Assembly: GCA_964370495.1 (NCBI GenBank)
Contig: CAYJJH010000002.1
Span: 1-42,504 of the forward strand
Direction: 5' to 3'
Length of the DNA: 42,504 bases
Source: an uncultured Prevotella sp.
Lineage (GTDB): Bacteria > Bacillota > Clostridia > Christensenellales > UBA1242
The position numbers were made by a program, and so were the translations under genes. A model generated the notes under the pieces. It did no database searches. It had not been told where the DNA came from and saw only the letters and a program-made list of their open reading frames with translations. The stretch's first letter is position 1. Every line of letters begins with the position of its first letter. This document shows positions 19,925 through 27,817 of this stretch, in pieces.

Positions 19925-22446
19925 TTCTTATCACCCCCAAAGCTTTTGAATGTTATTCTTTCTTTATCATCGCTTTTGGCATTTTTTGATTTGTCACATA
20001 TAAATTTAACCGGACAATACTCACACACATTTTTATTAACTGGATTTGCTTTTACGATTCCAGAAAGAATTTTATCTACGGCTTCATCCACCATTTTATC
20101 TGCATATTTTCTAATATTAAATATGACTTCGCTATCTAATAATTGCCTAGATTTTGGGTTAACCATTTCAGATGAAAACAGTCCCGCCATAGATTTATCT
20201 ACGAACCCTTTAAGCTCTATACTTTTTTTATCTTCCGCAAAGCCACTGGCAAGTGAGATATAACCTGCGCCTGCTATCTTACCCTTATCTGCTAATGCGC
20301 TTGCATAAATTGGCAATTGCAATTTTTGCCCTGTGTAAATTTCACCCGGCACAGAACCCACTCTGCCCGTTTTATAATCAAGAATAGCAAGACATGTTTC
20401 ACCTTCGTCATTTATGGCTTTATCCACCCTGTCTATACGTCCCACAAGATCCAGGCCATTTTTAAGTTTTCTTTTTACATTATATTCCATTAAGTAAATA
20501 TCAAATGCACTACTCTTCAAATCTTGTTCCAGTTTGGATATTATGAATTTAATTTCTTTCTTCAAATTATCTACAATAGGTTTATAGTCATAGAACATTT
20601 CCTTAAATGCTATTTCTATTGCTTTGTCGACGGATTTAATTTTGAAATATTCTTCAATAGCTTTATGAATTATATTTCCAATATCAGCCGAACCCAATGA
20701 ATATACTTCCCTGGGCTTGATTCTAAGTCCATTATCAATAAAGTTCAAATATGGACATGAATAAAACTTTTCTATCATGGTGGTTCGAACGCTTTTTTTA
20801 TCAAAAAATAATTTGTCTGATACGCTAATATTATCTTGGTTATCAAAGATTTTTATTTTATTTTGTTTAACTATTACGGCTGTTTCAAAATCTTCTCTTT
20901 CCCCAGACAATAGAATATTTTTACCAGCAGATAAAACTAAGTCACTGTGATATTTATTTCTTTCTCTTTGCAGTTTCGGTGTAGGCGTAATTTTGGTTCC
21001 TATTAAATCAATTTCTTGCAATATGTCATTATCATCCTGACCTTTTGGAAAATTCTCTTCTGTTACATTTGCTATAAATAAATGCTTAACATTCACTGGC
21101 ACCCATTCATCGGGCGAGATTATTAAAACTCTGTCTACGTATAGTGGAATATTAGAAACCTTAGTGGCTGAACATAGTGTCCAAAATAATGAAATAAATT
21201 CTCTTAATTTTATTTCTTCCGTACTCATAATAGATCCAATTTTATCCAAAATATTTTTCAACTTCTCATTCTCTACAAGAGCGGATAATTCGGTACATAA
21301 CTTAGAAACATTTTTCGTGTTTTTTAATGGCTTAACTTCTGGCACTTTGCTTGCACGTAAATCTTGCTTTATTATTTTGTTTTCTATTTCAAAGATTTCA
21401 TCACCCAAACCACTGCATTGATTAAAAAGAACGGACAGAGTATTTTCAGCATTATTATTTATAGCAAGTTCTAATAAATCCCTTAAATACTTTGCTTCGG
21501 CTAGATCGCTTAATCTTTTGTCGACATCTATATTCATTGGAATATTATATTTAGAAAAAACAACATTCCAAACGGGTGCAGCATTTTCAAAATCCGAAAG
21601 TAATACCATAATATCCTCTGGCTTATTTCCATCATTTATAAGTTTGATTATTTTTTCAGCAACCACTTCTGCTTCTTGACGATAGGTTTCACACTTTGCT
21701 GTTTTAATATTATTTTGAATTTTAACATCTGGTATATTTATAAACGGTAATCCCGATAATTGAGATTTTATTTCTTTCCCACTTACCCCAATTGTGGTGC
21801 TTTTGGCATTGTTGGTAATTTCAGACAGCACACCCAATCTTGCTGGAGAAAAGTTTTCAAATCCGCATACAAAAATATCGGCTTGTTTAATAATATTACT
21901 TTGCTTAATGTTTTGTATTAAATATGAAAGCATTCCCGCACTGTCTATGTTTTCGCCAATTATTTCAAGATATTTTTTATAAATAATGCTTATGTCATAA
22001 AATTTCTTTTTTGCTACATTGGACTTAGCCGTCTTTTGTACTTCATCGAAGTCTACAAATGAACTTTTCATTTGGTTGATTGTATTGAATATTTTTTCGG
22101 CAAAGTCATAATGTGACACGCTCTTTTGGAACCAACCCAACTGCCCCTGAACAGACTTAATAGCTTTCCATAGATATAGAACAGCTGAAGTTTTATCTAT
22201 AACATTTGCTGGCATATCGCCCATATTTAATTCTTCCGCTATGATATTATAAAGCATTGAAAAAGTAACTACGCGTGTATTAAGCAATCTTGGATTATTT
22301 CTAAGAAGCATTCGCTCAGCCTGCAATGTAAATCTGTCAGGTACCAAAACAAATGCAGGGGACAATCCCTTTTTATTACTTACCAAGTCTAAAATATGTT
22401 GGTTAGTATTAATATAATCATTACCTACCTTGACAACCACATTCAT
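19921..22446 (-). CDS. addB: helicase-nuclease AddB, short form without an N-terminal Walker A
   Basis: VLVPDRFTLQAERML at the N-terminus. Nuclease motif GRIDRVD..AILDYKTG. Fe-S cysteines are present (FYSCPY and CEYCPVKFIC). The position directly upstream of addA fits. 841 aa. Confidence 0.85.
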   Translation of the reverse strand: MNVVVKVGNDYINTNQHILDLVSNKKGLSPAFVLVPDRFTLQAERMLLRNNPRLLNTRVVTFSMLYNIIAEELNMGDMPANVIDKTSAVLYLWKAIKSVQGQLGWFQKSVSHYDFAEKIFNTINQMKSSFVDFDEVQKTAKSNVAKKKFYDISIIYKKYLEIIGENIDSAGMLSYLIQNIKQSNIIKQADIFVCGFENFSPARLGVLSEITNNAKSTTIGVSGKEIKSQLSGLPFINIPDVKIQNNIKTAKCETYRQEAEVVAEKIIKLINDGNKPEDIMVLLSDFENAAPVWNVVFSKYNIPMNIDVDKRLSDLAEAKYLRDLLELAINNNAENTLSVLFNQCSGLGDEIFEIENKIIKQDLRASKVPEVKPLKNTKNVSKLCTELSALVENEKLKNILDKIGSIMSTEEIKLREFISLFWTLCSATKVSNIPLYVDRVLIISPDEWVPVNVKHLFIANVTEENFPKGQDDNDILQEIDLIGTKITPTPKLQRERNKYHSDLVLSAGKNILLSGEREDFETAVIVKQNKIKIFDNQDNISVSDKLFFDKKSVRTTMIEKFYSCPYLNFIDNGLRIKPREVYSLGSADIGNIIHKAIEEYFKIKSVDKAIEIAFKEMFYDYKPIVDNLKKEIKFIISKLEQDLKSSAFDIYLMEYNVKRKLKNGLDLVGRIDRVDKAINDEGETCLAILDYKTGRVGSVPGEIYTGQKLQLPIYASALADKGKIAGAGYISLASGFAEDKKSIELKGFVDKSMAGLFSSEMVNPKSRQLLDSEVIFNIRKYADKMVDEAVDKILSGIVKANPVNKNVCEYCPVKFICDKSKNAKSDDKERITFKSFGGDKK

Positions 22447-22459
22447 AAAATATTATAAC
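22430..22459 (+). promoter_or_regulatory. sigma-A-like promoter positioned for a leaderless trmR transcript
   Basis: Perfect TTGACA (22430-22435, inside addB codons 4-6), 18 nt, TATAAC (22454-22459), 7 nt, ATG at 22467. The 20-bp intergenic region contains no G. Confidence 0.45.
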
Positions 22460-22460
22460 A
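22452..22460 (-). promoter_or_regulatory. extended -10 element (TGtTATAAT) positioned for a leaderless addBA transcript
   Basis: The minus strand reads TGTTATAAT (22460-22452), then 5 nt (ATTTT), then ATG at 22446. No SD. Confidence 0.5.
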
Positions 22461-22466
22461 TATAAT

Positions 22467-23054
22467 ATGTATTCATTGGAAGAAATTAAAAATCAAAGTT
22501 TGGACAACGAAGTGCCAATTATTTTTGATGACACAGCCAAAGTTTTAACCCAAACAATAAAAGATGTGCTTCCAACAAATATATTGGAAATCGGCGGAGG
22601 CATGGGATTTAGCGGCAAAGTAATGCTGGCTGCTTCGGACGGACATACAAAATTAACCAGCATTGAAAAAGACCCCGAGCGCTACCCTTATCTTAAAAAA
22701 CATATTCACCCACATACAGCCTTGCACGGAGATGCTTATGAAGTAATGCAGGATCTTATAAGCCAAGGACAGCAATTTGATTTCGTATTTCTAGATGGCC
22801 CCAAGGGTCAATACGCAAAATATTTTGATTTGATTGAACAACTTCTTAAAGAAGGCGGTACGGTGTTTGCCGACAATATGAACTTTCACGGTATGGTAGA
22901 TGGCAGCATCCCAACCACAAAGGGTGCGCGAACAATTGTAAATGGTTTAAAAAATTATGTTAGCAAAATAATGCATAAAGGCTACCCAATGAAAAACCTA
23001 GATGACGGGGACGGAATTATTATTTATACTAAGACTAATGAAACAAACGATTGA
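22467..23054 (+). CDS. trmR: class I SAM-dependent O-methyltransferase, YrrM/TrmR-like (tRNA ho5U methyltransferase)
   Basis: SAM motif ILEIGGGMGFS, and the DFVFLDGPKGQY / FADN pattern of family 3 O-methyltransferases. It lies immediately upstream of a U32 peptidase gene, as in the B. subtilis yrrMNO cluster. Confidence 0.7.
   Translation: MYSLEEIKNQSLDNEVPIIFDDTAKVLTQTIKDVLPTNILEIGGGMGFSGKVMLAASDGHTKLTSIEKDPERYPYLKKHIHPHTALHGDAYEVMQDLISQGQQFDFVFLDGPKGQYAKYFDLIEQLLKEGGTVFADNMNFHGMVDGSIPTTKGARTIVNGLKNYVSKIMHKGYPMKNLDDGDGIIIYTKTNETND
23002..23030 (+). promoter_or_regulatory. possible internal promoter positioned for a leaderless U32 transcript
   Basis: ATGACG (23002-23007), 17 nt, TATACT (23025-23030), 7 nt, ATG at 23038. 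No SD upstream of 23038. Confidence 0.3.
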
Positions 23055-24189
23055 ACTATTAGCACCAGCAGGAGATTTAAGCAGACTTAAAACTGCTTTA
23101 TATTATGGTGCAGATGCAGTATATTTAGGCGGAAAACAATTTGGACTAAGAGCTAGGTCATCAAACTTTACACAGGAGCAAATGAAAGAAGCCGTTGACT
23201 TAGTGCACTCTATGGGCAAAAAGATATATGTAACAGTAAATATTTTTGCACGAAATAGCGATCTCAATGAACTTAAAACCTATGCGAAAAATCTTGAAAA
23301 AATTGGCGTAGATGCCGTCATCGTATCCGATCTTGGGATTATGAAAGTATTCAAAGAAAATACAAATATTGATATTCATATTTCTACACAAGCAAATATA
23401 TGTAATAAATATACAGCAATGCAATATGTAGAATTAGGAGCAACAAGAGTAATCCTTGCCAGAGAATTATCAATAAAAGATATCAAGGAGATTTGTGAGC
23501 ATCTTAAAGGCAAAGCCGAAGTTGAGGTTTTTGTACATGGTGCAATGTGCATCTCATACAGCGGAAGATGTTTGCTTTCAAATTATTTAACCGGCAGAGA
23601 ATCCAACCGTGGTGACTGCTCGCAGCCTTGCAGATATGCTTATGCTCTGCAAGAAGAAAAACGCCCAGGTGAATTTTATCCAATAGAAGAAGATAGCCAC
23701 GGAACATACATAATGAACAGCAAGGACCTATGCTTGATTGAACACATAGACGAACTTAAAGAAGCAGGCGTAGTAAGTTTTAAAATCGAAGGAAGAATGA
23801 AAAGCGAATATTATGTAGCTTGTGTTGTAAACGCATACAAGGAAGCGCTAGCCGGTATAAAGAAAAACTTTATATCAGAACTTGAAAAAACAGCGCACCG
23901 CCCTTTCACAACCGGTTTTACATTCAGAAAAGACAGCACGGAATTTACATGCTCTGCGAAGTCTAAACAGACATATGAATTTGTAGCCTTAATGAAATCA
24001 AATACGCAAGGACTTATAAAAAATAAAGTTTTGCCCGGCGATGAAATAGAGATACTATCACCAACAGATACTAATGGCAAAAAATTCAATTGGGAAAATG
24101 ATATGTGTAATACGCCCGAAACGCTTGTAGAAATTAAGTGCCCTTACAAACTTAATGCTAATGACATATTACGGAAGAAAGTGCATTGA
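23038..24189 (+). CDS. peptidase U32 family protein (TrhP/YrrN-YrrO-like, tRNA ho5U synthesis)
   Basis: IELLAPAGDLSRLKTALYYGADAVYLGG and SFKIEGRMKS are U32 hallmarks. I trimmed the start to ATG 23038 (MKQTIELLAP). Confidence 0.85.
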   Translation: MKQTIELLAPAGDLSRLKTALYYGADAVYLGGKQFGLRARSSNFTQEQMKEAVDLVHSMGKKIYVTVNIFARNSDLNELKTYAKNLEKIGVDAVIVSDLGIMKVFKENTNIDIHISTQANICNKYTAMQYVELGATRVILARELSIKDIKEICEHLKGKAEVEVFVHGAMCISYSGRCLLSNYLTGRESNRGDCSQPCRYAYALQEEKRPGEFYPIEEDSHGTYIMNSKDLCLIEHIDELKEAGVVSFKIEGRMKSEYYVACVVNAYKEALAGIKKNFISELEKTAHRPFTTGFTFRKDSTEFTCSAKSKQTYEFVALMKSNTQGLIKNKVLPGDEIEILSPTDTNGKKFNWENDMCNTPETLVEIKCPYKLNANDILRKKVH

Positions 24190-25075
24190 TTACGCCTATC
24201 TGCCCAGATTTAACCATAAATTCTATATCTAATATTTCTTTGTATTTGTTTTTAATAAAAAGCTTTTTCCCCATAAAATCTCGTCTCGCATATTTTACAG
24301 CATAGGGGGAACAACCCAAAACCTTGCCTACAGATTCAATACTGCTATCTGTTGCGACAGAATAATATATTCGCCTGAATTGTGAAACCAAACCACCCAG
24401 TATCATATATTCTGGAACATCGCTTGCTAATATTTGCGCAAGTATATCATTTGCTTTTTGATACTGCCCAAATAATATTGCAGAACCCAATTCATAGATT
24501 TGATAGTCTACGGTTTTTGTTACAAATTCATTAAGATGCACAGTGTCTAATAATTTTACATCATTATAATAAGATACAATTTTATTTAACTCGTTATTTA
24601 TAACAGAGTAATTTCCACCAGTAGCCTCAACAAGAAACTCGGCTGCGTTTTTTGTAATGGTTTTAGGTGCGATTTGATTGGCTATTAACTTCATCAAAAT
24701 CTCGGGTGCCATTGGATTACAATTTACCTCTGTTGCACCTTTAATACTGTAACTATTTTTCTCGCTATCCCCCATAAGAATAAGAACACTTTCGCTTTCG
24801 GGTGATTTGATATACTCATTTATAACCTTAGAATTTGGTTTATCATTTAATTTATAAACTGCGACTCTTTTACCCCCAAAGAAAGATGGAGTGCGAAGAG
24901 CAGATACTACTTCTTCCGCGGATACACTTTCATCAAAATCGCTTACATCGGAATTTGGCATAACATCTTTTATAAGTGAAATAGATTTATATAATAAAAA
25001 AATATCTACACCATAAAGCAGATAAACATTATCTACTTTGGTTTTAAGACTGCTTTTCAAATTCGCAAAATCCAT
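24158..25075 (-). CDS. holA: DNA polymerase III delta subunit
   Basis: VYLLYGVDIFLL..., SAEEVVSALRTPSFFGGKRVAVYK, and a position directly after comEC as in many Firmicutes. 305 aa. Confidence 0.8.
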   Translation of the reverse strand: MDFANLKSSLKTKVDNVYLLYGVDIFLLYKSISLIKDVMPNSDVSDFDESVSAEEVVSALRTPSFFGGKRVAVYKLNDKPNSKVINEYIKSPESESVLILMGDSEKNSYSIKGATEVNCNPMAPEILMKLIANQIAPKTITKNAAEFLVEATGGNYSVINNELNKIVSYYNDVKLLDTVHLNEFVTKTVDYQIYELGSAILFGQYQKANDILAQILASDVPEYMILGGLVSQFRRIYYSVATDSSIESVGKVLGCSPYAVKYARRDFMGKKLFIKNKYKEILDIEFMVKSGQIGVINALSSVICH

Positions 25076-25082
25076 TAATAAA

Positions 25083-26246
25083 TTAAAACATAATACTTAT
25101 AAAATAACAAGTAAACAGCACCAGACAAATTGGTAGTTTTATGTTTGATTTAATAAAAATAAATCTAGACGCTATGATAATTCCAAGCAAATAAAATATT
25201 ATTCCAGAATGCGAGCCATTTATTTCTATTGTAGAAAATGGCAAGGCTACAATTGCCGAGGTTACATCACGCACAAATAACAGTAATGGTTCAAGTATCC
25301 ATAGCACTGCTCCGAATACAAATGTTAATACAGAGAACATACCAACATAAAAAGAGAAAGACAATATGGGTAATAAAATCACAGAAGAAAGCAATCCAAA
25401 AACCGGAATGTTGCCAAAGTAATATACTAGCAGCGGAAACGTGCCTATGGTTACAGATACATACATTGCAATTGAACTAACGTATAATTTTCTTTTGAAA
25501 AAGTCATAAAAGAAGACGATACCTAGCATACAAAAATAAGATAATAGAAATGAGGCAGACGCCAAAGAATATGGGAACAATAGCAAAATAATTATTGCAG
25601 ATAAAGATAATGTTGAAATAGAGTCCGCCGTATGCAAAAAGCATTTAGCAAATACCACAATTAAAAACATAATAGTAGCTCGTAATATTGGATATTGCCA
25701 TCCACATAAATAAGCATAGAACAATAATATCGGCGTAAGTATATAAAGCCTATGCTTCTTTTGGACTTTACAAATTTTCAATATCCAAAATATTACACTG
25801 GCAAGCAAAACCACATTCATACCCGAAACTACCAATACATGCGCAAGGCCAGCTACTGTAAAATTTGATCTTGTAACAAAGCCTAGTCCACTTGTATCGC
25901 CAAACATCATAGACACCAAAAGATCGGCATTCTCCTGACTTAAAAATAAATTCAAATACCAATTCACATATTCAAGTATAGTTCCGCGTAATCCACTGTT
26001 TGGATCATATGTTCTGTAATATGGGTTTGGATTATATTCAGTGGTTAAAATAAAACTTACCAGAGCCAAGGCAAATAATACAAGTGCTGCAATTTTAAAA
26101 GACTTTGGCACACGAATAAAATACAAAGTTATTACCAAAGCAATTGCCACGGCCAGCGTAAGATAATACGAAACAAAGCACGAACCTATGCAAGCAATAA
26201 CGATCAATGCTAAGAAAGCCAGCGGGCGGAAGTTACACAGTTTCAT
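25083..26246 (-). CDS. comEC: ComEC/Rec2-family competence channel protein, membrane core only
   Basis: 387 aa, almost entirely TM helices. The competence-domain pattern is present (GLAHVLVVSGMNVVLL). No metallo-beta-lactamase motif is present at the C-terminus. Confidence 0.75.
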   Translation of the reverse strand: MKLCNFRPLAFLALIVIACIGSCFVSYYLTLAVAIALVITLYFIRVPKSFKIAALVLFALALVSFILTTEYNPNPYYRTYDPNSGLRGTILEYVNWYLNLFLSQENADLLVSMMFGDTSGLGFVTRSNFTVAGLAHVLVVSGMNVVLLASVIFWILKICKVQKKHRLYILTPILLFYAYLCGWQYPILRATIMFLIVVFAKCFLHTADSISTLSLSAIIILLLFPYSLASASFLLSYFCMLGIVFFYDFFKRKLYVSSIAMYVSVTIGTFPLLVYYFGNIPVFGLLSSVILLPILSFSFYVGMFSVLTFVFGAVLWILEPLLLFVRDVTSAIVALPFSTIEINGSHSGIIFYLLGIIIASRFIFIKSNIKLPICLVLFTCYFISIMF

Positions 26247-26248
26247 AA

Positions 26249-27184
26249 CTACCTCGAAATTTCATTATCTTTTGTAATATCAAACTTCTTTTTAAGATGT
26301 TCAATGGAGGCTTTTCTTATTGTCCTTTTCTTTTCCACTTCGCGTACTTCTTCTGCTACTTGATCTTCTTTATTATTTTCATATATAATCTGGGGCTGAG
26401 CTGGTAATTTAGCGGCTACTTCTTCTTCACTGGTTAAATATGGCAATACTTGAAGACTGCGTTCACTGTAATATTTTTCAAATTCTTGCCTGCGTTTAGG
26501 ATCAATTTTACCAATATCTTCTCTTGGTTTATCTGAAACCCTGTCCTTACTTGATTTAGGTTTAGAGAGCTTCAAGGGTTCATTCACCCACTTCTCGTTT
26601 TTTTCCTGTATCTTTGTATTATACTCTACAATAATTTTAGCGGCTGTTTCATCTTTGCATTCTAAATTAGACAATATGTCCATTTGAGATTGATAGTAAT
26701 CTTCGCTACCTAACTTTACAAATCTTTTAGCTTCTTCAATTGCACTTTTCCAACTGTTCATTAAGTCAGTATTTTTAACCGTTTTATTTATTTGATTTAT
26801 TGCCCATAAAGCAATGCGTTCATTTTCCCGAAGTTGCTTTTCCCTTTGCTTGGCTCTTGCATCTTTGATTCTGGCAATATGACTTAAATCTGGGTTAGCG
26901 TCATCTATTCCTTGGGTGAATTCGCCAAGTGGCAATAATACGGTATCTACAACCAGACCGCCCACGGAATGCACGCTTTCACGCAAAAACATCTCGCCAT
27001 CTTTAACGGCATATCTAAAAGCTTTACCATCTAACTTTACTAAGCTTATATATTCTTTTATGCCGGTATCTACCAGCTGATATTCATTTTTAATCTCTAT
27101 TTTTTTAAGATTACGAATAATCTCTCTTGCTTCTTTATCATCATAAACAATTAACTGTGGTATAAATTTGGCATTAACTTTCAT
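26249..27184 (-). CDS. hypothetical soluble protein (compact N-terminal domain plus Lys/Glu/Arg-rich helical tail)
   Basis: 311-aa ORF with an AGAGGT SD. It is packed between recR and comEC with gaps of 5 and 2 nt. No TM helix, no signal peptide and no family recognised. Confidence 0.6.
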   Translation of the reverse strand: MKVNAKFIPQLIVYDDKEAREIIRNLKKIEIKNEYQLVDTGIKEYISLVKLDGKAFRYAVKDGEMFLRESVHSVGGLVVDTVLLPLGEFTQGIDDANPDLSHIARIKDARAKQREKQLRENERIALWAINQINKTVKNTDLMNSWKSAIEEAKRFVKLGSEDYYQSQMDILSNLECKDETAAKIIVEYNTKIQEKNEKWVNEPLKLSKPKSSKDRVSDKPREDIGKIDPKRRQEFEKYYSERSLQVLPYLTSEEEVAAKLPAQPQIIYENNKEDQVAEEVREVEKKRTIRKASIEHLKKKFDITKDNEISR

Positions 27185-27189
27185 AGGGC

Positions 27190-27783
27190 TTATACCTCTG
27201 TCCTGTTTTTTATTGCTGTGCCTATTGTCATTTCATCGGCATATTCCAAAGATACACCCATAGCAATTCCAGTAGCAAGACGCGAAACCTTTACACCACT
27301 TGGCTTAATTAATCCCGCCAAATAATTTGCTGTAACTTCACCCTCTACATCAGATGGTAACGCCATTATAACTTCTTTAATCTCATTAGACGCTAATCTT
27401 CTTATCAAAGACTTTATATTTAATTGTTCTACGCCTTTTTTATTAAGAGGAGACAACACACCATGTAACACATGATACGCTCCATTAAATGCGTTACATC
27501 TTTCAATGACTGATATATCCTTTGGATGCGCAACCACACAGATTGTATCGCTGTTTCGTTTTTCACAAATTATACACTTTTGATCCGCGGTAAAATTACC
27601 ACAGACTTCACAAAATTTTACATTATCTTTTACTTTAATCAATGCATCACTAAACTTGCTTACATCTTCCTTGCTCATCTCTATGATACGATAAGCATAA
27701 CGCTCGGCAGTCTTAAAACCTACACCGGGCAATTTGGTGAAGCAATTTATTAAGGAGTTAATACAATCAAGATTCTGCATCAT
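27190..27783 (-). CDS. recR: recombination protein RecR
   Basis: KLPGVGFKTAERYAY (HhH), a C4 zinc finger (CEVCGNF...CIIC), and a Toprim region. 197 aa. The second ATG at 27780 may be the true start. Confidence 0.95.
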   Translation of the reverse strand: MMQNLDCINSLINCFTKLPGVGFKTAERYAYRIIEMSKEDVSKFSDALIKVKDNVKFCEVCGNFTADQKCIICEKRNSDTICVVAHPKDISVIERCNAFNGAYHVLHGVLSPLNKKGVEQLNIKSLIRRLASNEIKEVIMALPSDVEGEVTANYLAGLIKPSGVKVSRLATGIAMGVSLEYADEMTIGTAIKNRTEV

Positions 27784-27817
27784 TAAAATATATCACTTTT
27801 CACCCAAATAGGGCAAA

